Below are positions 13,679 to 22,158 of a stretch of DNA of 34,661 nt, in pieces (the stretch's first letter is position 1; every line of letters starts with the position of its first letter). Location: IMG/VR virus record IMGVR_UViG_2531839482_000004; one strand, given 5' to 3'. The DNA is from a virus. Taxonomy: Duplodnaviria; Heunggongvirae; Uroviricota; Caudoviricetes. A program made the position numbers and the translations under genes. The notes under the pieces are model-generated. The model was not told the origin of the DNA. It worked only from the letters and a program-made list of their open reading frames with translations, and did no database searches.

Positions 13679-14914
13679 ATGGCTGGCGAGAACAAACTGA
13701 GCGACAAAGCGCTTAAAGGATATCTGGGGAAACCCAGAGAAAAGCAGATCACCATTGCTGATGGAAAGGGGCTTTCTATTCGTGTGAGTACTAAAGGGGC
13801 TGTGAGCTTTGTTTTCTTCTACAGGTTAGCAGGTGGCCGGGCTGCTCCGGTCTGGCTAACGTTGGGTAAATATCCTGATATGTCACTCAAACAGGCAAGG
13901 GAAAAGCGCGACGAGTGCCGTGGTTGGTTGGCTGACAAACGTGATCCGCGTATCCAGATTAAGATTCAGGCTGAAGAACGCTTAAAGCCGGTCACAGTGG
14001 AGGATGCACTAAATTACTGGTATGAAAATTACTGTAAGGTGCGTCGTAAAACTCATGCTGTAACGCTTGGCAGATTTCGAAAGCATATCTTTCCCTATAT
14101 CGGTCATTTGCCCGTAAATGACACTCACCTATATGAATGGCTGGACTGTTTTGACCGAATTAAACGTAATGCACCAGTTATGGCGGCGTATGTTTTTTCT
14201 GACACTAAATTAGCTCTTCGTTTTTGTCGGGTACGCCAGTACGCGACGTGTGATGCTTTAAAGGATTTGCGCATGAGTGATGTGGGGCAGATTGCAGGTA
14301 AGCGGGATCGGGTTCTGGATGAAGCCGAACTGGGCCAGCTCTGGAAGGCAATTTTTGTCGAGCCTGATTTAAAACTAATGTCTGAATACACGCGAAAAAT
14401 GTTTGTGCTTTGTACAGTATTTGGATGTCGAATGAGTGAAGCCCGATTATCTGAATGGAGTGAATGGGATCTCGAAAGTTGGGTTTGGACTGTACCAAAA
14501 GATCACTCAAAAACTGGTGTTGAAATCGTCAGACCAGTACCTGAAATTCTACGACAGTGGGTAACGGATGTTCACGAAGAGACAAAACATACTGGTTATG
14601 TGCTGGGAAGTCTGCGAATTAGAGAAAGCGTAAGCAAGATTGGGGGGAAAATCGGTAAACGTTTGGGCCATGAAAAACAATGGTCACTACACGACCTTAG
14701 AAGAACGCTATCTACTCATCTAAGTGATCTCGGTGTTGAATTTTATGTAGTAGAACAACTGTTAGGCCATGCGCTACCTGGCGTGGCAGGGGTTTACAAC
14801 AGGAGTACGTTTATGGCTAAAAAACTGGATGCTCTGGAACTCTGGACTACATATCTCAATAGCATCGCAGCTGCTGATTCAAAAGTGACAATCCTCAAAC
14901 AAAAGGCTGGTTAA
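13679..14914 (+). CDS. int: tyrosine integrase, P4-type with N-terminal arm-binding domain
   Basis: N-terminus LSDKALKGYLGKPREKQITIADGKGLSIRVS...LGKYPDMSLKQAREKRDE (DUF4102-like); C-terminal catalytic region with HDLRRT and LGH...GVY motifs; first gene inside the left junction. Confidence 0.88.
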   Translation: MAGENKLSDKALKGYLGKPREKQITIADGKGLSIRVSTKGAVSFVFFYRLAGGRAAPVWLTLGKYPDMSLKQAREKRDECRGWLADKRDPRIQIKIQAEERLKPVTVEDALNYWYENYCKVRRKTHAVTLGRFRKHIFPYIGHLPVNDTHLYEWLDCFDRIKRNAPVMAAYVFSDTKLALRFCRVRQYATCDALKDLRMSDVGQIAGKRDRVLDEAELGQLWKAIFVEPDLKLMSEYTRKMFVLCTVFGCRMSEARLSEWSEWDLESWVWTVPKDHSKTGVEIVRPVPEILRQWVTDVHEETKHTGYVLGSLRIRESVSKIGGKIGKRLGHEKQWSLHDLRRTLSTHLSDLGVEFYVVEQLLGHALPGVAGVYNRSTFMAKKLDALELWTTYLNSIAAADSKVTILKQKAG

Positions 14915-14915
14915 C

Positions 14916-15143
14916 ATGAAAAAAATGGCAATTGTTGATAAAAAGGGTCTGGAGTACATTCCTAACATTGACCGAATGATCCGTGAGAAAGAATGTCGGG
15001 AGCTAACCACTCTTGCGAACAGCACACGCTGGAAGCTGGAGAAGGAAGGAAAATTTCCTAAGCGGATCAAGATTGGCGCTACTGCGGTAGCTTATCGTCT
15101 CTCCGAAGTTCAGGCATGGATTAAGGGAGAATGGAGTAATTAA
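14916..15143 (+). CDS. alpA: AlpA-family HTH regulator / excisionase-like protein
   Basis: 75 aa; ATG overlaps int stop; ...IKIGATAVAYRLSEVQAWIKGE resembles the AlpA HTH pattern; position immediately after int as in E. coli PICIs and P4-like elements. Confidence 0.75.
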   Translation: MKKMAIVDKKGLEYIPNIDRMIREKECRELTTLANSTRWKLEKEGKFPKRIKIGATAVAYRLSEVQAWIKGEWSN

Positions 15144-15161
15144 ATAATAAGGTATTTCGAT

Positions 15162-15983
15162 ATGACAATGTGTGTTATTTGGAAGTCAGTTGATGGAACT
15201 ATTTATGCCGCCACAGATTCTCGACTGAGCTTTGAAGAAAAAAAGTTAGATCGTTGCGTTAAAATATCCCGAATCACATGTCTTTTACATGAGCCTAGTG
15301 ATGCAGTAGATACAAGTAAGATACTTGTTGATAAGCGTGAGATTGCTACATTATTCTGTGGAGGCTTTACAAATGCCTATATCATCAAGGAGAGCCTTAC
15401 TGAGATTTTAAATAAAATAGTTCTCATGAGGGAATACTCCGGCGTGCCCTTTTCGGAAATTATAGATATAGCGTTTTCCATTTATGAAGATACATCAAGA
15501 GATATGTTTGCATCATTAATGGACCAACGATTTGGATGTGTTTTTTACATGATAAGTTACTGCCCTGTATATAAGGAAATGCAAGCATTTAAATTTGAAT
15601 TCAAAATAAATGAAAACGGTATTAACTATTATAAATCTAAACTTTTTGAAGATCGTAACTATGAGGTTAATGGAAGTGGGGTGAGGTACTTGGAACAAAA
15701 TCATCGTATTGAAGATCTAGTTAAAGAAGCTTATCAGAAGAATAAATACACACCACTTCTAGATATACTTGAGTCCGTAATTAATGATGACGACTGTGAC
15801 TCTGTTGGAGGTGCAATGCAATACATTTCATGTAATAAAGATAGACTAAAATTGTGTTGTCATATGTTATTTGAAGAAAATAATCATAAGTATATGAAAG
15901 CTGGGGTGGACTTAAATGAACTCAATGAGAAGTTTATACCTTCTGGTTTGTTTTTTGAGACAGATGCAATCATCAAAAGATAA
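15162..15983 (+). CDS. hypothetical protein, AT-rich cargo gene (possible Ntn-hydrolase-like fold)
   Basis: 273-aa ORF with markedly lower GC than flanks; N-terminus MTMCVIWKSVDGTIYAATDSRL loosely resembles the proteasome/HslV-type N-terminal nucleophile region, with Cys where HslV has Thr. Similarity is weak and unverified. Confidence 0.5.
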   Translation: MTMCVIWKSVDGTIYAATDSRLSFEEKKLDRCVKISRITCLLHEPSDAVDTSKILVDKREIATLFCGGFTNAYIIKESLTEILNKIVLMREYSGVPFSEIIDIAFSIYEDTSRDMFASLMDQRFGCVFYMISYCPVYKEMQAFKFEFKINENGINYYKSKLFEDRNYEVNGSGVRYLEQNHRIEDLVKEAYQKNKYTPLLDILESVINDDDCDSVGGAMQYISCNKDRLKLCCHMLFEENNHKYMKAGVDLNELNEKFIPSGLFFETDAIIKR

Positions 15984-16292
15984 ACGATAACCGACTTTGA
16001 TTGTGATAATTTTATCAAGATTATGATGAATGCTGCAGTATATCTAACATGCTGCAGTTAACTCAATTTGTATTATCGCTAATATTTTTAATAACAAGGA
16101 TGTTTATTGCTTTTTTATTTGAGAGTGAACGTCTAACCATTGTTGTTCTTAGTTCTCATGGAGAGATTGGAGCTTAAAATACGCAATGTTTTGAAATCAG
16201 CGCAACTATATTCCGTAATTGTTCTTTGTCGTTCTTGCGTGGCACGGTGATACACCTCTCATGTCGGTTGTTTTTTTGAACGCAGAAACATA

Positions 16293-16320
16293 AAACAAAG
16301 GCGACCGGGATGGTCGCCAG
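16293..16320 (-). terminator. rho-independent terminator of the leftward island operon
   Basis: ggcgaccgggatggtcgcc hairpin; on the minus strand it is followed by tttgtttt, downstream of the 16387 stop. Confidence 0.5.
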
Positions 16321-16386
16321 TGGCATAACACTAAAATTGAGCGTATTCAGAATACCAAGTGTCGGCTGGTGGACAATGGAATCAGT

Positions 16387-16743
16387 TCAATATTTAGGTG
16401 GTTCAACAAGAGCGTTTATCATTGCTCTCAAATTATCGCGAACACTTATCCAAGTCTGTTCTGCTCGTTCTAACTCATTAGTGTACAGCTTTAATGTTTT
16501 ATCTATGCCATATGTGGCTATTAAATTTATAGCTTCTTGTAACTTTTCGGGATTATTCCTTCTTGGGGGAGTGAATATACCGCGGATTTTTCCGGTAATT
16601 AAAGCTTTACGGTGTCTACATAGAATACCTTTACTTCCTGCTGGACAATTACAAGTCATGATTAGCGAGCCAGAATCGTTTGATACAGTGACTATGTATA
16701 CATCCAAACTACTGCTACTTGTTGCGAAGAATTCGTATTTCAT
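16387..16743 (-). CDS. SWIM-type zinc-finger protein, hypothetical
   Basis: 118-aa ORF with CxC-x7-CxH motif (TCNCPAGSKGILCRH); AAGGAG 8 nt upstream of ATG 16743; preferred over the overlapping plus-strand ORF 16310-16750. Confidence 0.6.
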   Translation of the reverse strand: MKYEFFATSSSSLDVYIVTVSNDSGSLIMTCNCPAGSKGILCRHRKALITGKIRGIFTPPRRNNPEKLQEAINLIATYGIDKTLKLYTNELERAEQTWISVRDNLRAMINALVEPPKY

Positions 16744-16770
16744 GTGTTAGCTCCTTGACTTCAATTATTC

Positions 16771-16965
16771 TTATCCTTTTGGTTCAATACCGCGCCGTAG
16801 CAGCTCTTTGCGCCCTAACTCTTTAAGCCAGTTGGCAAGGCTTACCCCATCGTTACTGGCTTCGTTATCAAACTGCTCCTTCAATTCAGGAACTATGCGC
16901 ATATGGAACGGTGGGGCCTTTCCTGTGCCTTTTTGTTTTTTATCGCGCTTAATAACCGTTGACAT
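16771..16965 (-). CDS. small ribbon-helix-helix-like DNA-binding protein (candidate island regulator)
   Basis: 64 aa; ...FHMRIVPELKEQFDNEASNDGVSLANWLKELGRKEL has a beta-strand/helix/helix pattern like Arc/MetJ-type proteins; start codon abuts a palindromic operator-like site. Confidence 0.55.
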   Translation of the reverse strand: MSTVIKRDKKQKGTGKAPPFHMRIVPELKEQFDNEASNDGVSLANWLKELGRKELLRRGIEPKG

Positions 16966-17026
16966 GTGTACACCTATAGCGTTATGTTTTTATTCGATAG
17001 GTGTACACCTTAACATGTGTGCATTT
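16959..17026. promoter_or_regulatory. divergent control region with inverted repeats (operator candidate)
   Basis: GTGTACACCTAT (16966-16977) and its exact reverse complement ATAGGTGTACAC (16997-17008), 19-bp spacer; related ACATGTGT boxes at 16962 and 17014; TTGACA at 16959-16964. Confidence 0.5.
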
Positions 17027-17300
17027 AAAAACGCAACGCCCCGCAGTGCGGGAACACATGCAGGGCGTCTAACCACCAACGATAGCAACAGTATCGAGGT
17101 AGCTATGAGAAATCATCCCACACACCCGCAAGGGCGGGACTCGCACAACCTGAATAAATTCACTTGGCGCTTTATCGCCCTGAGTGCGGCTAAACCGCGC
17201 ATGCTTACCATCGTGGTCACCAGCGAGCAGGAAGACCGCCAGCAATCCCCAACTGGCTGCGTGATGATATTCGCCGCCCGTATTCGTCAGGAGGTGTGCC

Positions 17301-17525
17301 ATGAATGATCTTTATTTTAAAGTGCTGACACATGCTGAAAACGCGCTCGTTTGTGGCAAAAATATGCGAGAAATCTTATCAACCTGGCTTGATGGGACAA
17401 CAAATGCGGAACACGATGAACGGGATGCTAATTTAGCTGGAGCGTTAATTACGTTACTTGATCCTGTCATCAAAGAGCTGGATGAAGCTATAAAAATACA
17501 CGACCAGAGCTATACCGGAGAATAA
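17301..17525 (+). CDS. hypothetical protein
   Basis: 74-aa ORF, AGGAGG 8 nt upstream of ATG; first gene of the rightward operon leading to the primase. Confidence 0.6.
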   Translation: MNDLYFKVLTHAENALVCGKNMREILSTWLDGTTNAEHDERDANLAGALITLLDPVIKELDEAIKIHDQSYTGE

Positions 17526-17528
17526 AAA

Positions 17529-17816
17529 ATGAAAAATAAATTTTCTGGCTTTATTGCCAGCGGTCAAACTCATTCAAAAATCAGCCTTGGGGATATTTTC
17601 AAAGACAGCTATGGCTATCGGGTAAAGATTATTTCGGTTGATGATCGTCGTGTCTCTTATTTGCGTGATGGTTATGATTTTGAATGTGTTATGCCGCGTC
17701 AGCAGTTCGAAAGAGATTTCATTCTGGTAAAAAATTGCAAGACAGATAATCAGAGGCGTGCCGCAGGCTATATCCGTAAAATTCGGGCAATGTTAGTTGC
17801 CGGAGGTAACAAATGA
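17529..17816 (+). CDS. hypothetical protein
   Basis: 95-aa ORF, GGAGA upstream; tightly coupled to the primase gene (ATGA overlap). Confidence 0.6.
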   Translation: MKNKFSGFIASGQTHSKISLGDIFKDSYGYRVKIISVDDRRVSYLRDGYDFECVMPRQQFERDFILVKNCKTDNQRRAAGYIRKIRAMLVAGGNK

Positions 17817-19633
17817 AACGTGCTCCGAACTTAAAATACCAACCGCGCGACAAAATGACGGAAGTCATCATTTTTGCTGGCAGTGATGCCTGGAGCCATG
17901 CAAAAGAATGGAATGAATGGGCAGGTAAGCATATTGCAGCAGATGATACACCACCAGTCATTCTGGGTACGGAACAACTGGAAAACCTGGATGATATGCA
18001 AATTATCGATGAAGGCCGTCATTATGTGCGTGTTTATCGTGCCGGAAAGATTGCAGAGAAAAGTCTGACGAAGGTTGCGACATTACTTGCTATTGCAGGC
18101 GTAAAGGAAGCACGTTGTTACCGTAGCTTTGTTGATCGAGAGCCTGAAGACTGGACTCCGCGCCTTGTCGGCCTAAAAGCTGAAGCGGAGCATGGGGAAA
18201 GTCTGGTGATTGAACTGCCAGTGAAGAAGGCAGAGCGCAAAAATGACGAGCGTGCTTCATCTTTGGCGTTGAATCAGATGGGGGCCAGCCAGCGCGGTGA
18301 AGTTCTCCTTGCACATTACGGCGGTGAACTGGCAATCAATGCCGACTCTGACACCGTTCATCATTACAACGGCGTTGTATGGGAGCCGGTTCAGGATAAA
18401 GAGTTACAGCGTGCTATGGCGCAGATTTTCATTGATGCGGAGATCAGCTATTCGCAGAACGCTATTAAATCGGCGGTAGATACCATGAAGTTAAGTTTGC
18501 CTGTAATGGGGAATACAGCCCGTAACCTGATTGGATTCAGTAACGGGGTATTTGATACCAGAACTGGTAATTTTCGGGAGCATAACAAAAACGACTGGTT
18601 GTTAATTGCCAGTGAATTACCTTTCAGCCCACCAGCAGAGGGGGAAACGCTGGCAACACATGCGCCGAATTTCTGGAAGTGGTTGCGCCGTTCGGTGGCT
18701 GAGAATGACCGCAAGGCAGATCGCGTACTGGCGGCATTATTCATGGTGCTGGCGAACCGGTACGACTGGCAGTTATTCATTGAGGTAACAGGGCCGGGGG
18801 GAAGTGGTAAAAGTGTGATGGCGGAGATTTGCACCATGCTGGCGGGTAAGGCTAATACAGTATCAGCAAGCATGAAGGCGCTGGAAGATGCAAGGGAACG
18901 TGCGTTAGTGGTTGGCTTTTCGCTGATTATCATGCCGGATATGACCCGCTACGCTGGTGATGGGGCAGGGATTAAGGCCATTACAGGCGGTGACAAGGTG
19001 GCAATTGACCCGAAACACAAAGCCCCCTATTCAACGCGTATTCCGGCAGTAGTGCTGGCGGTTAACAATAACGCCATGTCATTCAGTGACCGCAGCGGGG
19101 GGATCTCACGTCGTCGGGTGATATTCAATTTTTCGGAAGTTGTACCGGAGAACGAACGCGATTCGATGCTGGCGGAAAAAATAGAAGGTGAGCTGGCGGT
19201 AGTGATTCGTCATCTGCTTACAAGGTTTGCTGATCAGGACGAAGCCAGACGCCTGTTATATGAGCAGCAGAAATCTGAAGAAGCACTGGCGATAAAGCGA
19301 GAGGGGGATTCGCTGGTGGACTTCTGCGGTTATCTCATGGCATCGGTAATGTGTGATGGCCTGTTAGTGGGTAATGCTGAAATTGTGCCATTCAGCCCAC
19401 GCAGGTATCTCTATCATGCCTATCTGGCTTATATGAGGGCACATGGGTTTGGTAAACCTGTAACACTGACGCGCTTCGGTAAAGATATGCCGGGGGCAAT
19501 GGCGGAATATGGCAGGGGGTATATGAAACGGAAAACGAAGCACGGTTTGCGTTCAAACGTGACACTGACGGAGGAATCAGAAGACTGGATGCCATCATGT
19601 GTATCGGTCACTAATGACGATAGCAAAAATTAA
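17813..19633 (+). CDS. primase/helicase-type replication protein (P4/PICI pri-rep family, D5-like NTPase)
   Basis: 606 aa; Walker A GPGGSGKS; overall architecture like P4-family primase C-terminal/helicase proteins; GGAGG RBS. Confidence 0.8.
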   Translation: MKRAPNLKYQPRDKMTEVIIFAGSDAWSHAKEWNEWAGKHIAADDTPPVILGTEQLENLDDMQIIDEGRHYVRVYRAGKIAEKSLTKVATLLAIAGVKEARCYRSFVDREPEDWTPRLVGLKAEAEHGESLVIELPVKKAERKNDERASSLALNQMGASQRGEVLLAHYGGELAINADSDTVHHYNGVVWEPVQDKELQRAMAQIFIDAEISYSQNAIKSAVDTMKLSLPVMGNTARNLIGFSNGVFDTRTGNFREHNKNDWLLIASELPFSPPAEGETLATHAPNFWKWLRRSVAENDRKADRVLAALFMVLANRYDWQLFIEVTGPGGSGKSVMAEICTMLAGKANTVSASMKALEDARERALVVGFSLIIMPDMTRYAGDGAGIKAITGGDKVAIDPKHKAPYSTRIPAVVLAVNNNAMSFSDRSGGISRRRVIFNFSEVVPENERDSMLAEKIEGELAVVIRHLLTRFADQDEARRLLYEQQKSEEALAIKREGDSLVDFCGYLMASVMCDGLLVGNAEIVPFSPRRYLYHAYLAYMRAHGFGKPVTLTRFGKDMPGAMAEYGRGYMKRKTKHGLRSNVTLTEESEDWMPSCVSVTNDDSKN

Positions 19634-19644
19634 ACTTATGGAAT

Positions 19645-19800
19645 AACTGTTCACCAAACTATTCACCGTTCACCTTTTTGATTATTTATTGAGCTTCAAG
19701 GGTGAACAGTGGTGAACAGTTGGTGAATAGTTTTTGTGAAACTGTTCACCCATTAACATTATGAATTAAAAGAGAAAATATCAAAAGGTGAACAGGTGAA
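19645..19800. repeat. iteron cluster, candidate island origin of replication
   Basis: About nine copies of GGTGAACAG / CTGTTCACC (and GGTGAAT variants) in both orientations around an AT-rich core (19756-19786), immediately downstream of the primase gene. Confidence 0.75.
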
Positions 19801-19846
19801 GGGTTAAAACGCAAAAATTTTAATTTACTGCTGTGAGATAAAGCCT

Positions 19847-20092
19847 ATGACAGCGAAGCACACAAAAAAATCACAATCGCACGCCCTTGATTTGACGGAA
19901 CACTGGTTAAGGGTGTCGATAAAAATCATCGACCGCAACGCCGGGGAAGGATACGCGAAAGCACATCCCGAACTGATTAGCGCATTCATGACAACGGCGG
20001 CTGCAAACTTTGCCACTCTGACCGAACGGGAGATTGCTGAAGCGGAGGAAGTGACAACAATCAATATTAAGTCCGGAGAGCAGGCAGCATGA
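19847..20092 (+). CDS. hypothetical protein
   Basis: 81-aa ORF between the origin and the ssb-like gene; no family recognised. Confidence 0.5.
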   Translation: MTAKHTKKSQSHALDLTEHWLRVSIKIIDRNAGEGYAKAHPELISAFMTTAAANFATLTEREIAEAEEVTTINIKSGEQAA

Positions 20093-20538
20093 CGGCGCAA
20101 ATATCAGTTTACGGGCGGTTGGTGGACGACCCGCAGACAAAACAGACCAGCAAGGGCACCCCCATGACGCTGGCGCGTATGGCGGTATCACTGCCCTGCA
20201 GTCAGTCGGATGACGGTCAGGCGACGATGTGGTTATCTGTCCTGGCGTTTGGCAGACAAGCCGACGCGCTGGCAAAGCATCACAAAGGCGAACTCCTGAG
20301 CGTGGCGGGTAATATGCAGGTGAGCCAGTGGACTGGACAGAACGGTGAAACGCGGCAGGGCTGGCAGGTTATCGCAGACAGCGTAATCAGTGCGCGAACG
20401 GTGCGACCGGGCGGCAAAAAAGGTCAACAGGGTCAGGCTACTGACGCACTGAACAGAGCAAAACAACAGGTAGATCAGCAAGGAAGCCATCCACCAGTGG
20501 GAGATAATGAGCAATGGGGAGATGATATTCCGTTTTAA
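20089..20538 (+). CDS. ssb: single-stranded DNA-binding protein (SSB-like)
   Basis: 149 aa; OB-fold-like N-terminus, Gly/Gln-rich linker, C-terminal acidic tail ...WGDDIPF as in SSB proteins. Confidence 0.75.
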   Translation: MTAQISVYGRLVDDPQTKQTSKGTPMTLARMAVSLPCSQSDDGQATMWLSVLAFGRQADALAKHHKGELLSVAGNMQVSQWTGQNGETRQGWQVIADSVISARTVRPGGKKGQQGQATDALNRAKQQVDQQGSHPPVGDNEQWGDDIPF

Positions 20539-20755
20539 ATATTGCCAATAAAAAAGGCCGGAAAAAAATAAATTTTCCGGCATGCTACATAAATCCCGAC
20601 CAAAGGGAGTGAAGATATTAACACTAATTATCCGCGCTGAAGTTGTTATCCCAAAACTTTATACAACATTGCACTCGGTTGCATGTATTCGCATGACAAA
20701 TATCGGTGATAGCATATATCCACAATTATTTTTAATGAATGCAAAGAGGATGCGT

Positions 20756-21796
20756 ATGGTTGATTTATATTCGCCTACCCAGCTTGTACAGGTGGTTAAT
20801 GCTGTAGATGTACAAAAACAACTAAATGCGTTGTTTACCAGTTTGTTTTTTACTCGCTCGGTAATGTTTGAATCGCGCGATATTATTCTTGATACAATCG
20901 ACGATCCAAATATCCCAATTGCAGCGTTTTGTTCTCCTATGGTGGGTAGTAAAGTTTCACGTGACGAAGGGTACGAATCAAAAACAATTCGTCCAGGCTA
21001 TATGAAGCCGAAAAGCAGCATTGATCCAAATAAGTTAGCTGTGCGCCCTGCTGGTGTATCACCTGAGCAATACAATGCTTTTGGAGCGCGTAATATTAAA
21101 GTTAAACAGGCGATTGTAAATCAGGCTAAATCTATTCGTGCACGTATTGAATGGCTTGCCGTTCAGGCAATCACAACGGGGAAAAATATCATTGAGGGCG
21201 ATGGTATTGAACGTTATGAGCTGGACTGGAATATTAAACCACAAAATATCATCACTCAGTCTGGCGGTGCTGAGTGGTCAGGTAAGGATAAAGAAACTTT
21301 TGATCCAAATGATGATATTGAGAGCTACGCAGAATTTAGTGAGGGCGTCACTAATATCATCATTATGGGCGGTAATGTATGGAAGAAATACCGTTCATTC
21401 AGAGCGATAAAAGAGGCTCTGGATACCCGTCGTGGTTCTAATTCCGAACTGGAAACGGCCCTTAAAGACCTTGGTGATTCGGTGAGTTTTAAAGGGTATA
21501 TGGGCGATGTTGCGATTGTTGTATACAGCGGGCGTTATACCGACGAGGACGGAACTGAAAAACATTTCCTTGATCCTGATTTGATGGTGCTTGGCAATAC
21601 GGCTCTTCAGGGGATTGTCGCCTATGGCGGTATTCAGGATCCGGAGCTAATCCGAATGGGGCTGACTAAAGCCGAACTTGCACCGAAAAACTATATTGTG
21701 CCTGGTGATCCGGCTATTGAATATGTGCAGACACATTCAGCACCACAGCCAATACCGGCCCGCATCAATCGTTTTGTTACCGTTCGCATTGGCTAA
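20756..21796 (+). CDS. island-encoded major capsid protein, divergent paralog of lambda gpE
   Basis: 346 aa; shares RPGYMKPK, NIITQSGGAEWSGKDKETFDPNDDIESYA, ALDTRRGSNSELETALKDLG, AIVVYSG, MVLGNT with helper gpE but is diverged throughout; AGAGGA RBS 6 nt before ATG 20756. Confidence 0.88.
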   Translation: MVDLYSPTQLVQVVNAVDVQKQLNALFTSLFFTRSVMFESRDIILDTIDDPNIPIAAFCSPMVGSKVSRDEGYESKTIRPGYMKPKSSIDPNKLAVRPAGVSPEQYNAFGARNIKVKQAIVNQAKSIRARIEWLAVQAITTGKNIIEGDGIERYELDWNIKPQNIITQSGGAEWSGKDKETFDPNDDIESYAEFSEGVTNIIIMGGNVWKKYRSFRAIKEALDTRRGSNSELETALKDLGDSVSFKGYMGDVAIVVYSGRYTDEDGTEKHFLDPDLMVLGNTALQGIVAYGGIQDPELIRMGLTKAELAPKNYIVPGDPAIEYVQTHSAPQPIPARINRFVTVRIG

Positions 21797-21805
21797 GGGG
21801 GAGCA

Positions 21806-22147
21806 ATGGCTACTCATTACACTGAACTCATGGCTGGCACTGAAGCACTGGTGACTACGCTGGGGATATTTTCAGCTAATAAAGGGGTAATTCCTGCATT
21901 TACGCCACTGATGCAGGAAGATGCAACAGGTGCACTGGTGGTATGGGATGGTTCGAGCGTAGGTAAAGCGGTTTATGTTTCCGCTGTACAAATCGACACC
22001 GCGAAAAAAACACAGGCTCAGGTCTATAAGACAGGTGTCTTAAATGTTGATGCTCTGAACTGGCCTGAGTCTGTAAAAGAACTGTCAGTAAAGATTGCAG
22101 CGTTTGTTGGCTCAGGTATTTCTGTTCAGCCGCTGGCTCGTGTGTAA
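21806..22147 (+). CDS. island-encoded decoration protein, divergent paralog of lambda gpD
   Basis: 113 aa; shares TPLM, LVVWDG, YKTGV, WPE, AAFVGSGISV with gpD; lies downstream of the capsid gene (order E-like then D-like, opposite to lambda). Confidence 0.75.
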   Translation: MATHYTELMAGTEALVTTLGIFSANKGVIPAFTPLMQEDATGALVVWDGSSVGKAVYVSAVQIDTAKKTQAQVYKTGVLNVDALNWPESVKELSVKIAAFVGSGISVQPLARV

Positions 22148-22158
22148 AGGGGGATACA

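Noticed and set aside
13516-13680. tRNA or tmRNA gene at the island junction (the usual target of P4-type integrases)
   Set aside because: No cloverleaf-capable sequence or tRNA-like 3' end found at either junction; both junctions are inside E coding sequence.
16310-16750. 146-aa plus-strand ORF overlapping the SWIM-protein gene
   Set aside because: The minus-strand reading has a strong AAGGAG RBS, a recognisable zinc-binding motif and a downstream terminator; the plus-strand product is hydrophobic low-complexity sequence.
16808-17308. 166-aa plus-strand ORF overlapping the RHH gene and operator region
   Set aside because: It would read through the divergent promoter/operator and the antisense of the RHH gene; only its last 68 codons (17105-17308) are kept as a low-confidence candidate.
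19645-19800. Possible CRISPR array
   Set aside because: Repeats are short (7-9 bp), occur in both orientations with irregular spacing and no unique spacers; they fit replication iterons, and no cas genes are present.
20582-20755. Upstream extension of the island capsid ORF (track start at 20582)
   Set aside because: Homology to gpE begins at the ATG at 20756, which has a good RBS; the upstream 58 codons are AT-rich and more likely promoter or leader.
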